Positions 28,291 to 37,213 of a stretch of DNA of 64,000 nucleotides are shown piece after piece. Under the pieces are notes generated by a model that saw only the letters and a list, made by a program, of their open reading frames with translations, ran no database searches and was not told the origin of the DNA. The number at the start of each line of letters is the position of its first letter. Positions within the stretch are counted from its first letter, which is position 1. This DNA comes from a virus. Lineage: Duplodnaviria > Heunggongvirae > Uroviricota > Caudoviricetes. A program made the position numbers and the translations under genes. Where the stretch lies: the IMG/VR virus record IMGVR_UViG_3300020171_000017, positions 48,685 to 112,684 of that record. One strand, written 5' to 3'.

Positions 28291-28716
28291 TTAGAATAAA
28301 AGATTTTGTTCTAACGCTAAATTATATATGTCTTGCATAGGAATTCGACAAAAATTAGGTATTTCTCTAAATTCGTACATAGAAGAATAGATTAACTGAA
28401 TAGCTTCAAATAACCCCACATTTCTCGCAATTAAAGCTAAAAGAGCTATATGTGGACTTCTAGTCACACAACATTGACAATGTATAAATATATCATCAGT
28501 CCCTTTTAACTTTTCATATAATTCATATAAAGGAATATTCATTTTATATAAACTATCACCATCTTTGTAATCTATTTCAATATCGTTATTTCTAAGCATA
28601 CTACATCTTTGATCTGGGTAATCATTTCGCCATATGTGGATTGTTCGCATAATTGAATTACAACATGATTCTTTGTCCCCTAACCAAATATTTTTATTTA
28701 GATAAATTTTTTTCAT
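28291..28716 (-). CDS. cysteine phosphatase (dual-specificity/PTP-like P-loop)
   Basis: IHCQCCVTRSP matches HC-x5-R-S/T catalytic loop; 141 aa. Confidence 0.5.
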   Translation of the reverse strand: MKKIYLNKNIWLGDKESCCNSIMRTIHIWRNDYPDQRCSMLRNNDIEIDYKDGDSLYKMNIPLYELYEKLKGTDDIFIHCQCCVTRSPHIALLALIARNVGLFEAIQLIYSSMYEFREIPNFCRIPMQDIYNLALEQNLLF

Positions 28717-28988
28717 TTTAAAAATAGCTCATGCATTTCTATCTTCCAATCTTTAATTTCATCGAAACTATCAAAACATATTGGATACATTCTGCTATCA
28801 CCTTCTTTTTTTATGCACCAGAAACCTTTGTTCCAACCGCTTTTAATTATCATTTTAGGCGAAAGCTGAAAGTCTGTCTTTCTTACTGATTCAGACACAA
28901 TTAATGTAGTGCCTACTAATTGAAAGTCTGCTGGTAAATCTTTAATTTTAATAGTTTTCATTTCGGGACCTTTCTTTTTGGCTACCAC
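28713..28988 (-). CDS. hypothetical protein (91 aa)
   Basis: overlapping stop/start with phosphatase gene. Confidence 0.35.
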   Translation of the reverse strand: MVAKKKGPEMKTIKIKDLPADFQLVGTTLIVSESVRKTDFQLSPKMIIKSGWNKGFWCIKKEGDSRMYPICFDSFDEIKDWKIEMHELFLK

Positions 28989-29053
28989 ATAAGGATCCGA
29001 TCCTTAATCTTCAGCTTCAGAGGCTGACGAATTACCAGTTATTCGATGTGGTA
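28982..29053 (-). tRNA. tRNA-Gln (CUG)
   Basis: U1-A72 + discriminator G73 (Gln identity), anticodon stem TCAGC/GCTGA loop CTCTGAA, T-stem TAAGG/CCTTA. Confidence 0.7.
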
Positions 29054-29056
29054 ATA

Positions 29057-29251
29057 TTATACAATATAATGCACAAAAGCTTCTATTTTGCCACAATCAC
29101 ATCGATGCATAATTTCATATTGCACATCAAAAAGATATTCATCTAATTTTGCAATAATCTTTTCTAAATGAGAGTGGTTTTTAGCTTTAATCCAACATCC
29201 TGAACGTTCTGTCATTTTTAATCTCCAATCATAGCTACGGGAGATGAGCAC
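29057..29251 (-). CDS. hypothetical protein (64 aa, Cys/His-containing)
   Basis: small ORF between tRNAs. Confidence 0.3.
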   Translation of the reverse strand: MLISRSYDWRLKMTERSGCWIKAKNHSHLEKIIAKLDEYLFDVQYEIMHRCDCGKIEAFVHYIV

Positions 29252-29306
29252 GATTCATCATTAACAGCTTCAAAGGCTGCTTGCCTACCTATTAGCAGAT
29301 CCCGTA
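29235..29306 (-). tRNA. tRNA-Gln (UUG)
   Basis: U1-A72, G73, anticodon stem GCAGC/GCTGT loop CTTTGAA, T-stem GATGA/TCATC (non-canonical T-loop ATCGTGC). Confidence 0.6.
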
Positions 29307-29312
29307 ATTCTG

Positions 29313-29385
29313 TGGGTGCAGAAAGCCTTAAACTTTCAATCTATCGGGTAAGAACCAATTGCTTTATCAATTAAGCTATGCACCC
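29313..29385 (-). tRNA. tRNA-Lys (CUU)
   Basis: acceptor GGGTGCA/TGCACCC, D-arm GCTT-AATTGATA-AAGC, anticodon loop TTCTTAC, T-arm GAAAG-TTTAAGG-CTTTC. Confidence 0.6.
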
Positions 29386-29398
29386 GTTATTTCCTTAA

Positions 29399-29469
29399 TG
29401 AGCGTACCAGAATTCGAATCTGGATAGACACATTAAAAGTGTGTTAATCTGCCCTTGATTTATACGCCC
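29399..29469 (-). tRNA. tRNA-Lys (UUU)
   Basis: acceptor GGGCGTA/TACGCTC, anticodon stem ACACA/TGTGT loop CTTTTAA, T-arm CCAGA-TTCGAAT-TCTGG. Confidence 0.7.
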
Positions 29470-29481
29470 GTTAACTATTAG

Positions 29482-29555
29482 AGGCGATAACTGGATTCGG
29501 ACCAGTGATTGTACTGTTTTGCAGACAGTTCGATTAGCCACTCTCGCACACCGCC
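29482..29555 (-). tRNA. tRNA-Cys (GCA)
   Basis: acceptor GGCGGTG/TATCGCC (two G-U), discriminator U73, anticodon stem ACTGT/ACAGT loop CTGCAAA, T-arm ACTGG-TCCGAAT-CCAGT. Confidence 0.6.
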
Positions 29556-29562
29556 ATAACCT

Positions 29563-29901
29563 TCAATACAACGCCCAACCGCTGCCTTTTTCTTTTCTTG
29601 GTTTACTGCCTTTACCGCCAGATTTTGTGTTATATGTATCGTTATTTTCTATAAAATCTCGGTTAACCAATTCTTGCTCTTTATTCTCCATATCTATTTT
29701 GTTGTTATAGATAAACAAGATCTCTTTCTTAAAGTTATGTATGCCATAATATTTATGGGCATTTTTCATTGTGATGCCAGAACCTTTGTAATCGTCATTT
29801 ACATCTTCGGTCGCATGCTTACCGATGTATATCTTGCTGTTAATCAGATTTGTGATCTTATAGACTATGTAGTATGTCATAATATTTTTAAGCACAGGCA
29901 C
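29563..29901 (-). CDS. GIY-YIG homing endonuclease (stand-alone catalytic domain)
   Basis: YIVYKITNLINSKIYIGKH ... R ... E ... N motifs of GIY-YIG; 112 aa; embedded in tRNA array. Confidence 0.7.
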   Translation of the reverse strand: MPVLKNIMTYYIVYKITNLINSKIYIGKHATEDVNDDYKGSGITMKNAHKYYGIHNFKKEILFIYNNKIDMENKEQELVNRDFIENNDTYNTKSGGKGSKPRKEKGSGWALY

Positions 29902-29946
29902 CAGGACTTTAACCTAGGCCAACTGTTCCAATATTCTTCAACATTA

Positions 29947-30021
29947 GCGCCTCCTGTCGAATTTAAATCGACGATATCTTGATCGACAATCAAGTGCATT
30001 GAATCGCTATGCTAAGGAGGC
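29947..30021 (-). tRNA. tRNA-Asp (GUC)
   Basis: acceptor GCCTCCT/AGGAGGC, G73, D-arm GCAT/ATGC, anticodon stem CTTGA/TCAAG loop TTGTCGA, T-stem GTCGA/TCGAC. Confidence 0.7.
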
Positions 30022-30031
30022 AATTTTCAAG

Positions 30032-30102
30032 TGACGCTACGGGGAATTGGACCCCGACATTCTGGTCGAAAGCCAGATATACTGCCTTTATATGATAGCG
30101 CC
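30032..30102 (-). tRNA. tRNA-Glu (UUC)
   Basis: acceptor GGCGCTA/TAGCGTC, anticodon stem TCTGG/CCAGA loop CTTTCGA, T-stem CGGGG/CCCCG. Confidence 0.65.
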
Positions 30103-30349
30103 ATAAAAACAAAAAAACCGATTCAGTTTTAGTAGTTCGTAGCTTTTAATCTATGCTGCTGATTGCTACTTACTACTTTGTTGAGTCGGTATAATTCGCA
30201 ATCAGCACAGATAGTTTAGGCATAATGCCTGTCGAACATAAAAAGGCTCTATGCCAAAACTTGCGGTTTTGGTTCGGCGTTTCTTGTATCTGTTCTGGCG
30301 TTTTATGTTGTAACATTTTCTATGCTTTCGTTACGATGTGAAATTTTAG

Positions 30350-30421
30350 TAGCGGGTTACGAAATCGAATCGTATTAAAGTTGGTTATGAGCCAACCAAG
30401 ATTCCAAACCTTCCACCCGCA
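30350..30421 (-). tRNA. tRNA-Met (CAU) with unpaired 1:72 (U.U)
   Basis: acceptor (T)GCGGGT/ACCCGC(T), D-stem AAGG/TCTT, anticodon stem GTTGG/CCAAC loop CTCATAA, T-arm TACGA-TTCGATT-TCGTA. Confidence 0.55.
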
Positions 30422-30498
30422 AATATAATAAACCTATAGCTCAAATATATAAAATGCTTGCCTATTAATAATATATTATAGCACAATTATACAAAAAG

Positions 30499-30927
30499 TC
30501 AAGGCAAAACTTCAACTTTTTTCTCTTTAAATTTTCTATCTCTTTTATCAGCTAGAAACAATCTTAACTTATACATCTCACCATTAGTGAATAGTCCGAT
30601 ATATCGTTTTTCTTTCTTTTTAGGGTCTTTACTTCTGCTTATAAACGATATTCTATCTTTATCGGTAAACGCTTTTAGAACTTGTGTCGCATGAATGTAA
30701 GTCTTATTAAATTTCTGTTTTATCTTCTCGCGTTCTAATACTTTCGGCAACCGTTTTTGTATATAATACCGATGGTTCGATAGTATTTGAGTAATCTTGA
30801 TTCTCAACGCTTTAATCTGTAAAGATTGATTATCTAGCCGTACATACAATTGAGCCAAGGTTTTTGGATCTTCTACATAATACGGCTCGCTATAAACCGA
30901 TTCAACTAATTTTGGTTTCTGGTTCAC
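30499..30927 (-). CDS. hypothetical basic protein (142 aa)
   Basis: Lys/Arg-rich; overlaps downstream gene start. Confidence 0.4.
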   Translation of the reverse strand: MNQKPKLVESVYSEPYYVEDPKTLAQLYVRLDNQSLQIKALRIKITQILSNHRYYIQKRLPKVLEREKIKQKFNKTYIHATQVLKAFTDKDRISFISRSKDPKKKEKRYIGLFTNGEMYKLRLFLADKRDRKFKEKKVEVLP

Positions 30928-31291
30928 TACTTTTGTCTCCTAAAATTTTAGTTACTACTTCTGGCCAGGTTGTTAGAGATATGACGTCTTTTCCCCCCAC
31001 GTAAAAGTCAGCTATAGGCTTACCTGCCGCCGCGAAATCTATGCCTGTAATTAGATCATAAGGAATCTTATTCAGATCTAGAAATGCTTTCATTTCAGCC
31101 AGAGATTTTTCTACAGTACCAACCTTTTTGCGATAGGCATTAGTACGATTTGAATCGATAAGAATAAAACAATTATTATTCTTTAAAGTTTCTAGTGCTT
31201 CTTTAGTACCGTCAATAAGAACCAATTGATCATCAACTTTATTGGCAATCGTGCCATCGAAATCCACAGCTAAAAATGTTTTTGTTTTCAC
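30902..31291 (-). CDS. HAD-superfamily phosphatase (nucleotidase / polynucleotide 3'-phosphatase-like)
   Basis: motif I LAVDFDGTI (DxDGT), 129 aa. Confidence 0.55.
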   Translation of the reverse strand: MKTKTFLAVDFDGTIANKVDDQLVLIDGTKEALETLKNNNCFILIDSNRTNAYRKKVGTVEKSLAEMKAFLDLNKIPYDLITGIDFAAAGKPIADFYVGGKDVISLTTWPEVVTKILGDKSSEPETKIS

Positions 31292-31436
31292 GGATATCTC
31301 CGATTATATTAAATTATAATGGTGCTGGCAGTTGTCTGCAACAATATACCCTGCGACAATATAAGGCAAAACGCCATTTTTTTTTGCTACGGGTCAATAT
31401 ATTATTAGGCTACAACGCCACAGCACCGTTTAATCC

Positions 31437-32543
31437 TTATTTACTATCCTCACTCGATAATAACACACCACCAGCCTTGCCAATTTGCATAAAAGTTTTT
31501 TCAGGTAAAACCGTTACTTTGTCTAGAAGTGCTCGCATCGTTTCGGCTTGGTATTTCTTAATTTCTACTTCAGCACGGCGTGCACCAGATTCGCCTTCAT
31601 ACAAAGAAACACTTTCTAATTTTTTAACTTCGGCTCTAGCCTTACCAACTGCAAGTTCACCGCTTGCTCTTGCCAAGTTAGAGTCTCTTTCGGCTTCTGC
31701 ATCAAGCACAGTCTTTCGCGCTTTGGCTTCAGCGTCTGTAACTTGGGTGATTTTAGAAGCTTCGGCTATCTGCCTAGCTTCTTCTACTTTAGCTTGGGAC
31801 ATAGCAAAAATTCTTTTGGCTTCTTCTTGCGCGGCTAAAGTTTCTTCAACTTTACGTAACTTTTGTTGTATAGCAATTTGTTTGCCTGCTATTTCTGCTT
31901 CATATACAGGATCAAGATAAACTTTATATAAAATTGTATTTTCTATAACTAAACCTCGATCGATCAAAACGTGATTAGCTTTCAGTGATTCTTCGATGTC
32001 ATTTTTAAATTTTACAAAACCTTCGCCAGAATAAATTGTTAAAGCTGTTCTTGGTCTCGCGATCTCATTAACTACATCTATAATCTCTCTTTTTAAAACC
32101 ACTGATTCATAAGTCTTACCTATGCCTTGTTTATGTAAAGTAATCGCTTTGTCTGGATTTAAATGATAATTAACCGACATAGCAATCCATGCCTTTTGAC
32201 CGCCGCCTTCACCAATATCTAAAACTATGCGTGGATATTCAGATTCAGAATTAACAGTCACATCGTCAAAAGTTATCTTTTGTGTTCCTATATTATATTT
32301 ATGCACATCTAATATGAAATTATTATATATATGTGTGCCTGGCAACATTAAATTATTTTTTACGCCTGACCAATCTTGTTGCACGCCTACCTCATTACCT
32401 TCAAGTTTAATAAACGCAAAAAATCCTATAAAGGTGAAAAGTATTAATAAACTTATTACGCCTATTGCGATTAACGTACCGAGTTTCATTTTCATTGTTA
32501 TCCCCTTTCTTTTTATAAGTTTCATTTTTATTGTTTTCCGCAT
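31437..32543 (-). CDS. SPFH/band-7 (prohibitin/HflK-like) membrane protein
   Basis: N-terminal TM helix then SPFH-like core and long Ala/Glu-rich coiled-coil tail; 368 aa. Confidence 0.55.
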   Translation of the reverse strand: MRKTIKMKLIKRKGITMKMKLGTLIAIGVISLLILFTFIGFFAFIKLEGNEVGVQQDWSGVKNNLMLPGTHIYNNFILDVHKYNIGTQKITFDDVTVNSESEYPRIVLDIGEGGGQKAWIAMSVNYHLNPDKAITLHKQGIGKTYESVVLKREIIDVVNEIARPRTALTIYSGEGFVKFKNDIEESLKANHVLIDRGLVIENTILYKVYLDPVYEAEIAGKQIAIQQKLRKVEETLAAQEEAKRIFAMSQAKVEEARQIAEASKITQVTDAEAKARKTVLDAEAERDSNLARASGELAVGKARAEVKKLESVSLYEGESGARRAEVEIKKYQAETMRALLDKVTVLPEKTFMQIGKAGGVLLSSEDSK

Positions 32544-32643
32544 TATTTGTTTATTTCCTTTTTAATCTTTTTAATTATTTTATAAATTATCCAAATGAAG
32601 AAAATAAGTATTACTAAATCTACTAATGGCACTAATCTACCCA

Positions 32644-32859
32644 TTACTTTACCTCCTTCCAACTAAACCAGCCCCAAACGGCTAGACCAGTATATATCGC
32701 AAACAAACAACCTTGCTCTGGTATGCCTTTTTTAAAATCAATTATCATCCACAAAAAATTTGTGCACATCCAAATCAAAAAACAAATGCGTTTTTTTTTG
32801 ATGTTAAAAATAACACCGATCAGAGATAGAATCGTTAATAACCAGAACATAGATTTCAC
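32644..32859 (-). CDS. small membrane protein (71 aa)
   Basis: two hydrophobic segments. Confidence 0.35.
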   Translation of the reverse strand: MKSMFWLLTILSLIGVIFNIKKKRICFLIWMCTNFLWMIIDFKKGIPEQGCLFAIYTGLAVWGWFSWKEVK

Positions 32860-33239
32860 ATGTATTCTATATATTTTTTATTTAAAGTGACATTAAACTT
32901 TTCTTTCACACTATCAATTAAATCATCTTCAGTTACTTCCCCGCGATAAAGTTCTTTGAAATTGTATTCATAAAAATCTGTAACAAAAGATTTTATTTCA
33001 GGGTTATTTTTCCAAAAGAACAATGCTTCTGATTTTATATTCTGTATTTTCTGTTTACCGCCTTTGAATCGGTACCATATCACTTTCTGCGCCGCGTTAA
33101 TAGTTTTATAGCCGTATCCTTGCGCATTATCAATAACTTTTCCAGAATCACCTATGATCATAAAACGATTTTCTGATTGTTTTTCTATCGGCATCTTTAC
33201 AATTTTTAAATCAGGCATTTTTAGCTGTTTTCTCCACAA
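32856..33239 (-). CDS. hypothetical protein (127 aa)
   Basis: stop/start overlap with downstream gene. Confidence 0.4.
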   Translation of the reverse strand: MWRKQLKMPDLKIVKMPIEKQSENRFMIIGDSGKVIDNAQGYGYKTINAAQKVIWYRFKGGKQKIQNIKSEALFFWKNNPEIKSFVTDFYEYNFKELYRGEVTEDDLIDSVKEKFNVTLNKKYIEYM

Positions 33240-33290
33240 ATACTCGTTTAAAGGTGGAAAAAGGTTTGATCTTTTTCCACCTTTAAATTA

Positions 33291-33458
33291 TTATTTTACT
33301 ATTTCATTCTCCTTTTTTAATAATTTCTTTAATGTCGATTTATTCACTCCATATCGAGCGATAATCGTTTTTTCGCCTTCAGTATAAATTGAAACTAAAC
33401 CTTCTAGTTGTTCTGCTAAATTACCGTCTACCGCGACAATGTATGGTACCTTTGCCAT
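33291..33458 (-). CDS. small protein (55 aa, below ORF-track cutoff)
   Basis: RBS GGAGGTGGCAAAATG; MAKVPYIVAVDGNLAEQLEGL... Confidence 0.3.
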   Translation of the reverse strand: MAKVPYIVAVDGNLAEQLEGLVSIYTEGEKTIIARYGVNKSTLKKLLKKENEIVK

Positions 33459-33485
33459 TTTGCCACCTCCTTGGTTATGTTGCTA

Positions 33486-33752
33486 TTATTCCACTATCAT
33501 CCAATCTTTCGCAAACAAATCACCGTCAGTCACAATCCATTGGTAATTGTTACCGTCGGCTTTGTGCAACGATAACGTATCTTTATTCAAAAATCCATAA
33601 AGTTTAGTGTCGTCCCATTCGAACCTAGTGACCTTTTTGCCGCGCATTATCGCTTTTATCGCTTCTGGAAAACTATGGCTGTCTTTAGTTTTTGGAGTTT
33701 TATTTAATGTCACAAAAATCTCCTTTCTATTCCGTTCTGACCGGTAAAGCAA
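33486..33752 (-). CDS. hypothetical protein (88 aa)
   Basis: ORF in compact operon. Confidence 0.4.
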   Translation of the reverse strand: MLYRSERNRKEIFVTLNKTPKTKDSHSFPEAIKAIMRGKKVTRFEWDDTKLYGFLNKDTLSLHKADGNNYQWIVTDGDLFAKDWMIVE

Positions 33753-34812
33753 TATAAATATAGCCGTTAATTCTGATCACCCCTGGTTTATCAGAAGCAA
33801 CAACTTCAAATTCAATTACCTCATCTTTTAATACTTTCAATACATCAATAAGGTAAGCAGGGTTAAAACCGATTACTACCGATGTACCGCTATATTCTAT
33901 ATCTATCTCTTCTACGAAATCACCGACATCAGGCGTTACTTTAGAAATGATTAATTTATTCGGCATAAACTCGAATTTCGTGGCCTGATAATCTGGCGTA
34001 ACAAGTAACGCCGCTTTTTTTACCGCTTGTAAAAAAGCGTCGCGGTTAATCTTGGCTTTTTGTTCTACCGGCGCAGGTATTACGCCTTCATAATTCGGAA
34101 ATTCACCTTCAATTAATCGTGATATAATTTGTGTTTTACCGAAATCGAATAACGCCTGGTTTTCCGCGAAAATTAACGAAACTTCTTTATTAGAAGCGAT
34201 GTTCACTTGGATTTCAACCGCGGTTTTAATCGGTATGATTATGGTTTTTTCTTGGTTAAATGTGATAGGTTTTTCTATTACCGCTAATTTCTGGCCGTTG
34301 GTCGCGACCATAATAAGTTTATCTTTATTGATTTTGCATAAAATACCGTTAAGCGTATATCGTGCTTCGTCTGTAGACGCGGCGAAGGCAGTAAGCTGCA
34401 ACATCTCAGCCAAAATCGATGCATCTAATTTTAATGCTTCTGTTTGATCAAATTCAGGTAGTTTTGGGAATTCTTCGTAAGAAATCCCCATAATTCTGAA
34501 TTTGCATTTCGATGCGGATATTTTAATCTGATTCTTTTCGCTTACTTCAATATTAATTGTATCGTCAGCGATAGAAGAAATGATCTCATAAAATTTCTGT
34601 GCCGGCACGGTAACAGCACCGTCAATTTGCGATTCGACTTCAAGAGTTGAGGATATACTGATATCAAGATTTGTTGCGGTTAATTTTAGGGTATTAGATT
34701 TAGCTTCAAGCAAAATGTTGGAAAGGATGGGTAAAGCGACACGTGTACCGATAGCTCCCTGAACAGTTTGTATTGCGGAAATTAGTTTAGATTTATTAGT
34801 TGTAAGTTGCAT
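33727..34812 (-). CDS. dnaN: DNA polymerase III beta sliding clamp
   Basis: 361 aa; N-terminus MQLTTNKSKLISAIQTVQGAIGTRVALPILSNILLEA typical of DnaN; three-domain length. Confidence 0.75.
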   Translation of the reverse strand: MQLTTNKSKLISAIQTVQGAIGTRVALPILSNILLEAKSNTLKLTATNLDISISSTLEVESQIDGAVTVPAQKFYEIISSIADDTINIEVSEKNQIKISASKCKFRIMGISYEEFPKLPEFDQTEALKLDASILAEMLQLTAFAASTDEARYTLNGILCKINKDKLIMVATNGQKLAVIEKPITFNQEKTIIIPIKTAVEIQVNIASNKEVSLIFAENQALFDFGKTQIISRLIEGEFPNYEGVIPAPVEQKAKINRDAFLQAVKKAALLVTPDYQATKFEFMPNKLIISKVTPDVGDFVEEIDIEYSGTSVVIGFNPAYLIDVLKVLKDEVIEFEVVASDKPGVIRINGYIYIALPVRTE

Positions 34813-34825
34813 ATTTATTTCTCCT

Positions 34826-35086
34826 TTACTTTTTTAACGCAAATTTACATATTTCCATCGCTTTAAATAATGGAAATTCGGTTTTTGGTTCTTTGGCATT
34901 TAACTTTTCCAAAAATGCATATAAAGTATCTTCTGATATATCTTTTTTTATAATCTCGCTCTCATGTTCAATTAAAATTTGAGCGATTATTTCCCGCCAA
35001 ATTTCGGTATCATCAATTATTTGGCAATCTGTCAATCGTCCGCAATGATCTTTTAAAACCCGTTTAATTTGAGATTTATCTAACAT
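34826..35086 (-). CDS. hypothetical protein (86 aa)
   Basis: small ORF. Confidence 0.35.
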   Translation of the reverse strand: MLDKSQIKRVLKDHCGRLTDCQIIDDTEIWREIIAQILIEHESEIIKKDISEDTLYAFLEKLNAKEPKTEFPLFKAMEICKFALKK

Positions 35087-35309
35087 TATATTTTTTTAAT
35101 TTGCCTTGCTCAATTGCCCTGAACATTATTTCTTGTGCCGAATTTATGTATGGCCCTGGATTCTGTTTTTTCCATTCATCTATAAAATTTCTTACTTCTT
35201 CTTTTGTTTCGTATTCTTCAAAAATATCCATTCTGTCAGAAAATGGAAAACCTAAAGATCGCAATTCTTCTTCAAACAAATTCGCAAATTCATAAATATC
35301 CATAGCCAC
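35076..35309 (-). CDS. hypothetical protein (77 aa)
   Basis: small ORF. Confidence 0.35.
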   Translation of the reverse strand: MAMDIYEFANLFEEELRSLGFPFSDRMDIFEEYETKEEVRNFIDEWKKQNPGPYINSAQEIMFRAIEQGKLKKYNVR

Positions 35310-35317
35310 CCCATTAA

Positions 35318-37213
35318 TTATTTTTTCGCCAACAATTTAATAATCGTATCTTTCTCCAAACTTTCAACCGATAAATCTATATCCGCTTTTTCTTTATCCG
35401 TCACAATATTAGCACCAGCACTCACCAATATCTCGTTTAAGCTAATCGCATTCTCATAAAAATTAAACAGGTATTTTCTTGCCTGCTCGGTATGTTCAGA
35501 ATTACTAGAAGAAATCTGGTTGCCTAATCCAGTTTCAGTAAAGTAAAATCTATTTTCTTTTTTAGAGGTTACTAACAAACCCAAAACTTTTTGTTTCTCT
35601 TTCATCACTGATTTAGCAGAAACGATAACTTTGTTTGGGTCAAGCATATAATTTCTACTGAAATTCATCACCAAATCAGCAGCTATCAATATCTTAAATG
35701 GCACAGGTATAGTTTCTTCATAGTTGAAATAATTCAATGATAATAAGTAGGAACTATCTTTTTGTTTACTAATATAAAACAATTCAGTAGCGCCATTAGG
35801 CAACTGTGCATCTGTCATATCTCCTGAAAACAAAGTTTCACCACGATCAGAACGATAAGAACCATCCCACCCTATCTTGCCACCACAATGAAGTAACGAT
35901 AAATCCAAGTCTATCCGATTATCCTCTACATTATTCCAATGCACGCCAAGCACTAAATTACTAATCACAACAACATAAGATCCCGAAGGTAGATTGCCTG
36001 TGAATTGTTTCTCGGTTGCAGGTAAGGCATAAGTTATATTATTAGGTAAGTAGATCTTCTTACCTTTAATATTAGCTTTAATATCTTCGGTAATTGAAGC
36101 TAGAACAACCTCTAGCAGTGATTGTGCTGCTTTTTGACGATTAAATTCAAATGTAGTCGCAAAACTCTTACCATTCCGAATACGATAAAGTATCGAATCG
36201 TTGTTAACTGTTCTAAACTTAAGCGCATAAGCAAGCCTTATCTTGCGGAATATGTTCACTTTCTTTAACTCTTCTTTTAATTCTCTAATATGTACAAGTC
36301 TACCAAGTTTAATTTTCGCCGTAACTTCATTCAAATAATCTTCCTTCATCGGCTTATGGTGCTTAACCGCTAATTTTCTGATCTTGTTTATCAAGGTATT
36401 TACCTTTTTATTAGTCTTAAATGCCAGAAATAAAGGTTTAAATCTAAGAAATATCTCGGCTAACCGTTCTAAACCGTATTTATCTTTATATGCAGTTAAT
36501 AACTTCACTATTTCTTTCTTGTCACTAGCCTTGATCTCTGCTATAACAGCGTTATTCTTGATTATTAAAGTCTTGCTGGTTGCTTTATATATTAGATATC
36601 TTAAAAATTCGATTGGTTGCTCTGGAAATATCTTTAAAATATCGTAAAGCACGCATTTTACTTCTTTATTTCTAATTTCGCGTATCTCGTCTTTATCGAA
36701 TTCAACAAAAGCAGCAACATCAACTACTGCCTGTTTAGTCTCTTCTTTTAACGCAATACCTGCCGCTAATAAATCAATTAATTTAGCCTTTAATTCTTTC
36801 TTTGTATAGCCATGGATAATTACTAACTTGATTTTATCAACATCGATTTTAGGAATTTCTAACTTTTCAGCAGGGATATAAACCGCGTCTTTATCATAAA
36901 CGCCTAAAGATTCAAAACCGTAAGTTGTAATGTAATGCACAATCTGCTCTATTACTAATTGCTCGATTGGCGCGTCATGGATTTTTTTCCAAGATTTATG
37001 AAAAGAGTTGTTCATTTCTGAACCGGTTAAACTGATTTCAGAAGATACTACTTTAATTAAATCGTCTAACTCTTTTTCAGAATAATTAAAAACGACTTCA
37101 GGCGAAAAGATGAAACCTGAATTTATTGTCTTTTTTAACAATTCTTTACTTGTTTTTTTCTTGCCGGATTTGCTAATAGGCAGGGCGTGAAACAATGTTA
37201 ATGTACTTTTCAT
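35318..37213 (-). CDS. large hypothetical protein (631 aa)
   Basis: long uninterrupted ORF preceded by ~350-nt structured leader. Confidence 0.5.
   Translation of the reverse strand: MKSTLTLFHALPISKSGKKKTSKELLKKTINSGFIFSPEVVFNYSEKELDDLIKVVSSEISLTGSEMNNSFHKSWKKIHDAPIEQLVIEQIVHYITTYGFESLGVYDKDAVYIPAEKLEIPKIDVDKIKLVIIHGYTKKELKAKLIDLLAAGIALKEETKQAVVDVAAFVEFDKDEIREIRNKEVKCVLYDILKIFPEQPIEFLRYLIYKATSKTLIIKNNAVIAEIKASDKKEIVKLLTAYKDKYGLERLAEIFLRFKPLFLAFKTNKKVNTLINKIRKLAVKHHKPMKEDYLNEVTAKIKLGRLVHIRELKEELKKVNIFRKIRLAYALKFRTVNNDSILYRIRNGKSFATTFEFNRQKAAQSLLEVVLASITEDIKANIKGKKIYLPNNITYALPATEKQFTGNLPSGSYVVVISNLVLGVHWNNVEDNRIDLDLSLLHCGGKIGWDGSYRSDRGETLFSGDMTDAQLPNGATELFYISKQKDSSYLLSLNYFNYEETIPVPFKILIAADLVMNFSRNYMLDPNKVIVSAKSVMKEKQKVLGLLVTSKKENRFYFTETGLGNQISSSNSEHTEQARKYLFNFYENAISLNEILVSAGANIVTDKEKADIDLSVESLEKDTIIKLLAKK

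Noticed and set aside
30120-30300. Additional tRNA at the long hairpin GCTGCTGATTGC...GCAATCAGCAC
   Set aside because: 11-bp continuous stem with 34-nt loop and no D/anticodon/T arms; more likely a terminator or regulatory hairpin between tRNA-Glu and tRNA-Met
31276-31920. 214-aa plus-strand ORF
   Set aside because: Antisense to the SPFH gene's Ala/Glu-rich coiled coil (reverse complement of GCN/GAR codons gives an open Ala/Ser-rich frame); no RBS; all surrounding genes are on the minus strand
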